Part shown: piece by piece, positions 50,464 to 57,996 of the stretch
Numbering within the stretch: the stretch's first letter is position 1
Layout of the letters: every line of letters begins with the position of its first letter
Origin: Bdellovibrionota bacterium
GTDB lineage: Bacteria; Bdellovibrionota; Bdellovibrionia; Bdellovibrionales; JAEYZS01
Direction of reading: 5' to 3'
Assembly (NCBI GenBank): GCA_963169515.1
Contig: CAUJEF010000140.1
Location: 96-64,095 of the forward strand
Length of the DNA: 64,000 nt
Notes under the pieces: model-generated
Databases searched by the model: none
What the model saw: only the letters and a program-made list of their open reading frames with translations
What the model was told of the DNA's origin: nothing
Translations under genes and position numbers: made by a program

Positions 50464-51671
50464 AAATCATCCAATGCAAACAGGTGACCCATTTTCTCTT
50501 TTTTAGTGCGAATATATTTTTTATTCGCTTCTGACACCCCCGCTTGAAGCGGCACACGATCCACAATTTCTAGGCCATAACCCTTGAGACCAGTCCGCTT
50601 GGCAGGATTATTTGTGAGCAATTTGATTTTTCTCACGCCCAATGATCTTAAAATTTGAGCCCCGATTCCATAATCCCTATGATCAGCTTGAAATCCTAAA
50701 TGTATATTGGCTTCGACTGTATCCAAACCCTCATCTTGAAGCGCATAGGACTTGATTTTATTTGCTAGGCCAATTCCGCGTCCCTCTTGTCGGAGGTACA
50801 GCAAAACACCCCGCTCTTCTTTTGCAATCAGGTCCATTGCGACCCTTAGCTGTGGCCCACAGTCGCAACGTAAACTGCCAAATACATCACCCGTCATACA
50901 TTCAGAATGAACGCGAACCAATACTGGTATATCTGGGTCGATCGTTCCTTTTACAACAGCCACATGCTCTGTTCCATCTACCAAACTTTTGAAAACTCGG
51001 ACTTGAAGCTCGCTGCTGTACGAGGTCGGTAGACGGCTCATTGCCACCTGCTGAATTAATGTTTCCGTTTGTAATCGATATCGAACAAGGTCAGCAATTG
51101 TACCAATTTTAATTCCGTGCTTAGCCGCAAATTCTCTCAAGTGCGGCAAGCGCGCCATCGTACCATCTTCATTCATAATTTCACAGATCACGGCAGATCT
51201 GTTTAACCCTGCGAGCGTTGAAAGATCCACACTAGCCTCTGTATGACCTGTGCGCTTCAAAACCCCACCTATCTGAGCGCGGATTGGGAAAATATGTCCC
51301 GGTACCCGAATGTCTGAGGGCTGCGCAGTTGGACGGGATGCTACGTAAATTGTATGTGCACGGTCTTTGGCAGAAATTCCAGTCGAAACGCCTTGGGATG
51401 CCTCAATGCTCACGGTGAATGCTGTTTTATTGGCAGAAAGATTAAGATCATCACGCACCATCTGCGGCAGACCAAGTCTGTCGACTTGCTCACCGTCCAT
51501 ACTGAGACAAATAAGTCCCCGCGCATGAATCGTCATAAAATTAATTTTTTCGGGTGTAACAAAATCTGCGGCTAGAATCAAATCACCTTCGTTTTCACGA
51601 TCTTCATCGTCAGCTAAAATAACCATTTTCCCCTGACGGATGTCTTCCAATAACTCAGATATTGAGTTCAT
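50460..51671 (-). CDS. ribBA: Bifunctional 3,4-dihydroxy-2-butanone-4-phosphate synthase / GTP cyclohydrolase II
   Basis: ATG at 51671 preferred (AAGGTGG Shine-Dalgarno) over the TTG at 51695. DHBP synthase motif DDEDRENEGDLI. GCH-II motifs VRVHSECMTGDVFGSLRCDCG and EGRGIGL. Confidence 0.93.
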   Translation of the reverse strand: MNSISELLEDIRQGKMVILADDEDRENEGDLILAADFVTPEKINFMTIHARGLICLSMDGEQVDRLGLPQMVRDDLNLSANKTAFTVSIEASQGVSTGISAKDRAHTIYVASRPTAQPSDIRVPGHIFPIRAQIGGVLKRTGHTEASVDLSTLAGLNRSAVICEIMNEDGTMARLPHLREFAAKHGIKIGTIADLVRYRLQTETLIQQVAMSRLPTSYSSELQVRVFKSLVDGTEHVAVVKGTIDPDIPVLVRVHSECMTGDVFGSLRCDCGPQLRVAMDLIAKEERGVLLYLRQEGRGIGLANKIKSYALQDEGLDTVEANIHLGFQADHRDYGIGAQILRSLGVRKIKLLTNNPAKRTGLKGYGLEIVDRVPLQAGVSEANKKYIRTKKEKMGHLFALDDL

Positions 51672-52275
51672 GGTAACCACCTTTAGGTTTTGCAAAAGAT
51701 TTCAAAAATATTTTTGCCAAATAATCGTATTCTACAGTTAAAATATCCCCCACAGATAAATGCGACAAATTGGTTCGTCTTAAGGTTTCTGGGATCACAC
51801 AAAATTCAACACTCTCCGATCCTGCTTCATTAATTGTGAGACTCACCCCGTTTAAAGTCATAGATCCTTTTTGCCAAAAAAGAGTTGAGGTTGGGTTTTC
51901 AAGGCGAACTATAAGAATTCGGCTCTCTCCAATGTTTCGAACCTCTGTAAGACGGGCGCGAGTGTCCACATGTCCAGTAACTAAATGCCCGTGAATTCGA
52001 TCGCCAAAGCGGAGGGAGCGTTCAAGATTTATGTGTTGCCCAATATTGAGTTGATCCTGCCATCCAGTCACTTTGCAGGTCTCTGCACCAACGACAAATG
52101 AAATCGTGCTTTCGCTGAGCGCACTAACCGTTAGACACACGCCATTCACACTGATGCTGTGGCCAATCTCAAGATCATTGAAGTCAACGGGCCTATCAAC
52201 CGTGAGTTTAATGTTGGCAAAACTGTTCTCAATTGTTCGGATTGGAGAAGTTGTTTCGACGATACCAGAAAACAT
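51655..52275 (-). CDS. ribE: Riboflavin synthase
   Basis: 206 aa. MFSGIVETTSPI...SISVNGVCLTV...GSMTLNGVSLTI (duplicated lumazine-binding repeat). Confidence 0.93.
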   Translation of the reverse strand: MFSGIVETTSPIRTIENSFANIKLTVDRPVDFNDLEIGHSISVNGVCLTVSALSESTISFVVGAETCKVTGWQDQLNIGQHINLERSLRFGDRIHGHLVTGHVDTRARLTEVRNIGESRILIVRLENPTSTLFWQKGSMTLNGVSLTINEAGSESVEFCVIPETLRRTNLSHLSVGDILTVEYDYLAKIFLKSFAKPKGGYHELNI

Positions 52276-52307
52276 GTTTTTCCTTGGGGGTTTGGACAGT
52301 CATTGGG

Positions 52308-52336
52308 AATATAGGTCCTGCAAATGACGCAGTCAA
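52308..52336 (-). promoter_or_regulatory. Putative sigma-70 promoter of the rib operon
   Basis: The minus strand reads TTGACT (52336..52331), a 17-nt spacer, then TATATT (52313..52308), ~32 nt upstream of the ribE ATG. AAGGAAAA Shine-Dalgarno. Confidence 0.5.
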
Positions 52337-52403
52337 TCAGTTTTGAGTAACTATGCAGGTTTAATAGTCATATGTAATATATTGATATTTCAGGGTATTT
52401 AGC

Positions 52404-52438
52404 AAAAAAAAGAGCGTATGTATTTCTACATACGCTCT
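52404..52438 (-). terminator. Strong intrinsic terminator after the flagellin gene
   Basis: Perfect 12-bp stem AGAGCGUAUGUA-GAAA-UACAUACGCUCU followed by U8 on the minus strand, 25 nt after the fliC stop. Confidence 0.9.
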
Positions 52439-52462
52439 AGTGGTCGTTGGCTAAATCTCAAA

Positions 52463-53296
52463 TCATCCAATAAGTTTCAGGGCTAATCCTGAAATCTGGT
52501 TGGCTTGAGCTAAAGTTGCTGTTGAAGCTTGCAGCATGATGTTGTTACGAGCTAAATCCGAAGATGCTCGAGCAACGTCTGTATCACGGATACGTGAATT
52601 TGCTGCGCTAAGATTTTCATCCGAGATGCTTAGGTTTTGCATAGTAGATTGCAATCGGTTTTGCAAAGCACCTAAGTTCGCTCGGTTTTCGTTAACATGG
52701 TATTGAGCAGCATCAAGAAGAGCTAGTGCTGTTTGAGCACCCTCTTTTTGTGTATAATCGATACCTGCGATACCAAGTGCATCAAGGCTTGAGTTGTTAG
52801 CGGAAGAATCGAAACTAATTCTATCTTCAAATTGGTTGTTGTTGATACCAACTTGGAAATCGAATACCGGAGTTTGACCGTCTAATAGGCCAGTGCTACC
52901 CCATTTTGTAACTTGAGAAATCCGTTGTAACTCATTTTTTAATTGCGATACCTCTTTATTTAGGAAACCTCTTTCAATGTCCCCCACAGTGTCAGAAGCA
53001 GCTTGGATGCCAAGCTCACGAAGGCGAACGATGATATTGCTGATCTCGTTAAGGCCACCCTCTGCTACTTGAACCATTGAGATACCGTCACTTGCGTTGC
53101 GGTAAGATTGTCTGACAGATCGGATTTGACCTTTCAGATTTTCAGATATCGCCAACCCTGCGGCGTCATCTGCTGACTTATTGATACGGCTACCACTCGC
53201 TAATTGTGCGAATGAATCTGCCATTGAATCCTGAGTATTTTTCAGGTTTCTGTGCGCGTTGATCGCTGGCACGTTTGTTGAAATTCTTAATCCCAT
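52463..53296 (-). CDS. fliC: Flagellin
   Basis: 277 aa. Conserved N-terminal MGLRISTNVPAINAHRNL...SSGSRINKSADDAAGLAISE and C-terminal ...ANQISGLALKLIG helices. Confidence 0.93.
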   Translation of the reverse strand: MGLRISTNVPAINAHRNLKNTQDSMADSFAQLASGSRINKSADDAAGLAISENLKGQIRSVRQSYRNASDGISMVQVAEGGLNEISNIIVRLRELGIQAASDTVGDIERGFLNKEVSQLKNELQRISQVTKWGSTGLLDGQTPVFDFQVGINNNQFEDRISFDSSANNSSLDALGIAGIDYTQKEGAQTALALLDAAQYHVNENRANLGALQNRLQSTMQNLSISDENLSAANSRIRDTDVARASSDLARNNIMLQASTATLAQANQISGLALKLIG

Positions 53297-53672
53297 TGTA
53301 ACCCTCCGGTTAAAACTTAATACCTCCTTATATTCTTCGCTCTATTACGAAGGGGCATCCGAGCCCATTATTTTTGTTAATCTTAAAACTTCTATTTTTT
53401 AAAAACCTATTTCAATTTTTCCAACTTTAGGATAACGACCTTTCGTCTTCCCTGAGTCTCCTTTCTTGTTCCGCCTTTAGAGAGTTGACCTAGTGACTCT
53501 CTGGTTCTTCCACAAACCTTCATCAAAATAATTGCGAAACTGACAACACACTCTTCGGGTCACACAACTGTTTCTTGACACATCAAAAGACCTGTTTCGT
53601 GTTAAAAACACACGACGAATATTCGGAAAAATTTCCCTTTCGTCTTGAAAACTTTTCCTTTTGTCTAGCCCG

Positions 53673-54578
53673 TTATTCTGGACGAGTGTCAAAAAAAGCA
53701 CTCACCTGTTCGAAGACCCAGTCTGGGTCTTCTTCCATCACATGATGTCCAGCCGTTGGGTGAGTAAGAAGTTGCACCTGAGGTAGTTTTTTTTGAATCG
53801 ACTTGCCGACAGAAACAGGGACAACTTTATCTTGGGCTCCCCATATCATCAGCACGGGGGTTGTCATGCCTTTCAAACCGCCTGGTAGTCGCGTATCGCG
53901 CAAAACTGAAATGGATTTGATGAAGCTTTGAATCGCATCTGGCTTTGAATATGGTGAATAATAAGCCTCAACGGTCTCGTCATTAATTAAGTCAGACCGG
54001 TTTACAACTCTTTTCATAACTTGTCTTATAAAGGCTCGAGTTACCAATGGGCTCACCATCGGCCCCAAAAACTGTAGTTTTTGTAAATCAAAACGAAGAA
54101 AGCTGGGGTCTAGCGCTGGCGATATTGTCACGACTTCAAAGACCCTTTGTGGGTTTAACTTAGCATACCAAAGCCCAATAGCTCCCCCCATGGAACTCGC
54201 AATAATCCGAATTTGTTTCATATTAAATTTATTAAAGAATTCATTTAAAATTAGACACTGATCATCTATAGAATATGAAAAGTTCTTTGGCTTATCGCTC
54301 AACCCAAATCCAAGTAGATCAATAGCAGTAACCGTATAATTCTGAGCAAGTTTTCCGACTAAAAAGCGCCATGTAAAAGTCGAGGCCCCAATCCCGTGGA
54401 GTAGCACAATATGCGGCCCTTTACCCTCTTGGATAAAATGAATATTGTGACCAGAAATATTCACGTATTTTGATGTATAGCGAGTTATTTGTTCGGGGGT
54501 ACGTGCGGTCTGTCGATAATAAAGAAAAATCATCGCGCCTATCAAAATTAGAAATGATATTGTGAGTGTAATCACCAT
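53673..54578 (-). CDS. Alpha/beta-fold hydrolase with N-terminal membrane anchor
   Basis: 301 aa. HIVLLHGIGAS, nucleophile elbow IIASSMGGAIG, C-terminal HPTAGHHVMEEDP. Confidence 0.75.
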   Translation of the reverse strand: MVITLTISFLILIGAMIFLYYRQTARTPEQITRYTSKYVNISGHNIHFIQEGKGPHIVLLHGIGASTFTWRFLVGKLAQNYTVTAIDLLGFGLSDKPKNFSYSIDDQCLILNEFFNKFNMKQIRIIASSMGGAIGLWYAKLNPQRVFEVVTISPALDPSFLRFDLQKLQFLGPMVSPLVTRAFIRQVMKRVVNRSDLINDETVEAYYSPYSKPDAIQSFIKSISVLRDTRLPGGLKGMTTPVLMIWGAQDKVVPVSVGKSIQKKLPQVQLLTHPTAGHHVMEEDPDWVFEQVSAFFDTRPE

Positions 54579-54717
54579 ATTTAACGCTCTGTTCCCTACC
54601 CAAATATTTTGCTTATGACCCCTGCATGGGGCATAACTGAAAGATATTTGAAAGTTTAACGTATTTATAAAAGTATTTAAATAATTTTAAATTATGATTC
54701 TTGACGTGGGAGGAACA

Positions 54718-55212
54718 ATGGCCAAGAAGAAAAAGACCGCTAAAAAGACAGCGAAAAAAGCTGGAAAAAAGACTGCTAAAAAAACCGCTAAAAAGACAGC
54801 GAAAAAAGCTACTAAAAAAGCCGCAAAGAAAACGACAAAAACCACAAAAAAAACTACTCGAAAAGCAGTTTCAAAAATTACAAAAACTGCAAAAACTAAG
54901 AAGGCGGGAAAGCCAAGCGTTCCTTCCTTAGAAGACATCGCAAGAAATAAAGTTAAAACAACTGTTCCAACTTCAAATCCATTTGCTGCTACGGTTGGTG
55001 CCGCTTCCGGGGCTGGAGCTGCTGCCGCTTCTGACGAGGGTGGATGGGATGATGACACCGAAGTAAGCACTGCAGGGACAGAAGCCTCTGATGAAACAGA
55101 AGAAGACGATAGCTTCGAGTCTTACGACGAGTCTGACGATTTCGATGACCTCGACGATACTACCGATAGCGACGACGAAGAAGACGGCGAAAAAGACGAC
55201 GAATACTTCTGA
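54718..55212 (+). CDS. Bipartite-charge protein: histone-H1-like Lys/Ala/Thr repeat N-terminus plus long acidic C-terminal tail
   Basis: ATG at 54718 (GGGAGG Shine-Dalgarno 4 nt upstream) gives MAKKKKTAKKTAKKAGKKTAKKTAKKTAKKATKKAAKK... The protein ends ...DETEEDDSFESYDESDDFDDLDDTTDSDDEEDGEKDDEYF. It is followed by a clean terminator. Confidence 0.75.
   Translation: MAKKKKTAKKTAKKAGKKTAKKTAKKTAKKATKKAAKKTTKTTKKTTRKAVSKITKTAKTKKAGKPSVPSLEDIARNKVKTTVPTSNPFAATVGAASGAGAAAASDEGGWDDDTEVSTAGTEASDETEEDDSFESYDESDDFDDLDDTTDSDDEEDGEKDDEYF
54736..54810 (+). repeat. Perfect 27-bp direct repeat, 48-bp period, inside the Lys-rich coding region
   Basis: accgctaaaaagacagcgaaaaaagct occurs at 54736..54762 and again at 54784..54810. 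The surrounding sequence is degenerate AAAAAGACNGCN 12-mers. Confidence 0.9.
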
Positions 55213-55235
55213 TCTGATCTTGATTTCTAAATAAT

Positions 55236-55267
55236 AAAAAAGGCTAACATCTCTGTTAGCCTTTTTT
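55236..55267. terminator. Bidirectional intrinsic terminator between convergent genes
   Basis: AAAAAA-GGCTAACA-TCTC-TGTTAGCC-TTTTTT: an 8-bp stem flanked by A-run and T-run. It can terminate both the plus-strand Lys-rich gene and the minus-strand sigma-54 activator gene. Confidence 0.8.
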
Positions 55268-55322
55268 ATTATTCCTTAGGCCCCCGCGAATCCGGCAGGC
55301 GGACACACGGTGCCTGGCACCC

Positions 55323-56351
55323 TTATGGCTTTTGGTGAACGGCAAAGTTATCAAACTCGCCGTACTCGTGTAATTTGTTATACAGAGTCTTAATCGTTAT
55401 ACCCAAGGCTTGGGCTGCACGAGTTTTGTTCCCATCAAAATAGCTTAGGGCCTTTAAGATATAGCGTCGTTCAAGTTCGTAAAGAGTCAATGATGGATCG
55501 TAGTCATCAAAAAGAATTTTTTGATCTGGGTTTCGTATATTTTCCGGAAGGTCTCCAGGCATAATTGTATGCCCCTCAGATAAAATCTGCAACCGCTCGC
55601 ACACGTTTTGCAATTCACGGATATTCCCCGGCCAGTCATATTTCAACATTACTTTTAATGCATCTTCGCTAATTGCTCGACCACGGTTTAAGTGCTTATG
55701 TTGTCCGCGATCCAAAAAATACTGGATCAGCATAGGGACATCTTCTTTACGACGACGAAGTGGTGGCATATGAGCTGTGATAGTATTGATACGGTAATAC
55801 AGGTCTTCGCGGAAATTGCCCTTCATTACCTCAGCTTCTAATTCGCGGTTTGTTGCACTGATAATTCGAACATCAACTTGAATAGGGTCCTTTCCACCAA
55901 CGCGATAAATTTCGCCCTCTTGAAGAAAGCGCAAAAGCTTTGCCTGAATACCAGGAGAAAGTTCCCCGATCTCATCAAGGAAAAGAGTTCCACCGTTTGC
56001 AGATTCGGCCAAACCTAATTTTTTCGTGTACGCTCCTGTGAAAGCGCCTTTTTCATGGCCAAATAACTCAGATTCTAATAGCGATTCTCTTAAAGCCCCA
56101 CAGTTGATTGCAACAAATGGCTTACCTGTACGACGGGATTTTTCATGAATCGCTCGAGCAATCAATTCTTTACCAGTTCCTGATTCGCCAAGGACTAAAA
56201 CGCTGGCATCTGATGTTGCAACCCGCTCGACCATTTTAAGGAGCTGCCCCATGACTTCTGACTTGTAAATTATGAGGGTTCCTTGACTTGAAGTAGGGTT
56301 AATCTGAGTATTAGACTGAGAAGAAGGTAAAATAATGTTGTCTGTTGACAT
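55323..56351 (-). CDS. Sigma-54-dependent transcriptional activator without receiver domain (AAA+ + Fis-type HTH)
   Basis: Walker A GESGTGKE. Canonical ELFGHEKGAFTGA. Also ATNRELE and the C-terminal HTH GNKTRAAQALGITIKTLYNKL. Only ~40 aa precede the AAA+ domain. ATG at 56351 preferred; the ORF track extends to 56432. Confidence 0.85.
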   Translation of the reverse strand: MSTDNIILPSSQSNTQINPTSSQGTLIIYKSEVMGQLLKMVERVATSDASVLVLGESGTGKELIARAIHEKSRRTGKPFVAINCGALRESLLESELFGHEKGAFTGAYTKKLGLAESANGGTLFLDEIGELSPGIQAKLLRFLQEGEIYRVGGKDPIQVDVRIISATNRELEAEVMKGNFREDLYYRINTITAHMPPLRRRKEDVPMLIQYFLDRGQHKHLNRGRAISEDALKVMLKYDWPGNIRELQNVCERLQILSEGHTIMPGDLPENIRNPDQKILFDDYDPSLTLYELERRYILKALSYFDGNKTRAAQALGITIKTLYNKLHEYGEFDNFAVHQKP

Positions 56352-56481
56352 AACGTTCCGCCTTTTTCGAATTTGCTCATTTTTAGAGCATTGTGCAGCG
56401 TGTAATTTATCAAACTCGTGTAATAAATGCAAGTAAATTTTTACAGTGCGTTATTTAGCAATTTCAACTACTTAGGAATGT

Positions 56482-57417
56482 ATGAACGGTGAGATCGAGA
56501 AAAAAATCCAGGTTACAGCGGCGCAGTTTCTGTTTGAACTTCAATTTGTACGCAAATATTCACAGGCGACCATACAATCATACCTTTTAGACCTAAGTCA
56601 AACCTTTCACATGCTTGACCGAAAACTTCTCAGCTCAAAAATCGAAAATAGCCATGGTTTTAACGTCTCTGCCATCGATGAAACGTATCTAATCCAACAG
56701 ATCCAAAAAGCTCAAATTGACTGGGGCCCACTTAAACCCGCCTCGAAAAACCGTAAATGCGCATGCCTTAAGAGTTATTTGGGATGGCTTTATGAAAAGG
56801 GTTTCACCGCAACCAATCTATCATTCAAAGTTCGAACTCCTAAAGTTGCGCAAAAGCTTCCATATTTCCTTTCATTGGATGAAATCTTGGCGATTTTCAA
56901 CACTCTGAAAGCAGACCTTGCAAACGCAGTTTCGACAGATGAGCTGGATATGGCTATCAGAGTACGGAATTTAATTTGTTTGTTATATGGTGGGGGGTTA
57001 CGTATTTCAGAAGCGTGCTCATTGCAATGGGAGAACGCCAATATTTCACAGCACACATTTACAGTTTGCGGGAAGGGATCCAAAGAACGGCTGATTACGT
57101 TGCCAAAAAATATTTTTGAAACACTTCTACATTCAAAAAGGGACAACCAGTTTGTTGTTTCCCCGCCGCTTTCCGTTCGTGCTGCCTTTGAATGCATTCG
57201 AAAAATTGGGCTCCGCACAGGGTTATCAAAGCCACTCAATCCACACGCGCTCCGCCACAGCTTTGCAACACATTTATTAACGTCAGGATCAGACTTAAGA
57301 ATTCTACAAGAACTCTTAGGGCACCAGTCACTGCAGGCTACACAAAAATATACCCACTTGGACGTGGATCATTTGTCACGTATGCTACATAAGCATCACC
57401 CTTTATCAAAAAAATGA
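56482..57417 (+). CDS. Tyrosine recombinase, XerC/XerD family
   Basis: 311 aa. N-terminal SAM-like core-binding domain. Catalytic motifs GGLRISEAC, NPHALRHSFATHLL, LLGHQSLQATQKYTHL. Confidence 0.85.
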   Translation: MNGEIEKKIQVTAAQFLFELQFVRKYSQATIQSYLLDLSQTFHMLDRKLLSSKIENSHGFNVSAIDETYLIQQIQKAQIDWGPLKPASKNRKCACLKSYLGWLYEKGFTATNLSFKVRTPKVAQKLPYFLSLDEILAIFNTLKADLANAVSTDELDMAIRVRNLICLLYGGGLRISEACSLQWENANISQHTFTVCGKGSKERLITLPKNIFETLLHSKRDNQFVVSPPLSVRAAFECIRKIGLRTGLSKPLNPHALRHSFATHLLTSGSDLRILQELLGHQSLQATQKYTHLDVDHLSRMLHKHHPLSKK

Positions 57418-57438
57418 TATTCTTCCGGAGACAATTTC

Positions 57439-57996
57439 ATGGCAATCAAAGCAGTTTTTTTAGATCGAGATGGCACCCTCATTGTCGATAAAATTTACTT
57501 GAACGATGTGGATAAAATTCAATACTTAGAGGGTACCTTTGAAGGGCTAAAAATCTTAAGTGATTTGGGCTTCAAATTCTTTGTTGTTACAAATCAGTCT
57601 GGCCTTGCTCGAGGAATCGTTCAGATTGAAAATTTGGATAAAATTCATGCAAAGATAAAAGATGACTTTGCACGAGAAGGCATCATCATTTCACGATTTT
57701 ATTATGCTCCACACATGACTGACTCTGGCCACTTTTCAAGAAAACCCAACCCAGGCATGCTAAAGTACGCTGATTACGATTACGGGATTGATTTCAAAAA
57801 TAGCTGGATGATTGGAGATCGTATGTTGGACGTCGAGGCCGGCCATCGTGCAGGTTGCAGGTCCATCATCCTTGAAGGAACTGAAAAAGTTGAAGAATCA
57901 AACTTTAAACCACCAGAGTATATTGCAAAAAACCTGTTAGATGCCGCAAACTTTATTCGAAATGCAACTAAAACACATTCTCAACATTTAAAATAA
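57439..57996 (+). CDS. gmhB: D-glycero-D-manno-heptose 1,7-bisphosphate phosphatase (HAD-IIIA)
   Basis: 185 aa. AVFLDRDGTLIVDK, VVTNQSGLARG, RKPNPGM, IGDRMLDVEAG. Confidence 0.8.
   Translation: MAIKAVFLDRDGTLIVDKIYLNDVDKIQYLEGTFEGLKILSDLGFKFFVVTNQSGLARGIVQIENLDKIHAKIKDDFAREGIIISRFYYAPHMTDSGHFSRKPNPGMLKYADYDYGIDFKNSWMIGDRMLDVEAGHRAGCRSIILEGTEKVEESNFKPPEYIAKNLLDAANFIRNATKTHSQHLK

Noticed and set aside
52276-52403. FMN riboswitch upstream of ribE
   Set aside because: I looked for the conserved RFN core on the minus strand and found none. The leader is only ~30 nt behind a near-consensus promoter. Recorded as an absence, pending a covariance-model scan.
53340-53460. Sigma-28 promoter for fliC (for example TAAG-N15/17-GCTCGGAT and CTAAAGTT-N11-AATAGGTT)
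   Set aside because: The -10 elements match GCCGATAA poorly and the spacing is off. I cannot support a call by eye.
53477-53701. 74-aa minus-strand ORF in the fliC upstream region
   Set aside because: Its start lies inside the 3' end of the hydrolase gene. It has no Shine-Dalgarno, and its Arg/Asn/Phe-rich composition is unlike a real protein. I treat the region as non-coding.
54687-55070. 127-aa minus-strand ORF opposite the Lys-rich gene (poly F/A/V)
   Set aside because: It is the antisense reading of AAA/AAG-rich repeats, which gives TTT/CTT codons. The plus-strand gene has a Shine-Dalgarno and a terminator; this ORF has neither.
56482-57417. Xer-type recombinase as a marker of an integrated mobile element
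   Set aside because: There are no flanking phage, plasmid or transposon genes, no adjacent tRNA and no visible direct repeats. The sequence looks like a chromosomal XerC/XerD dimer-resolution recombinase.
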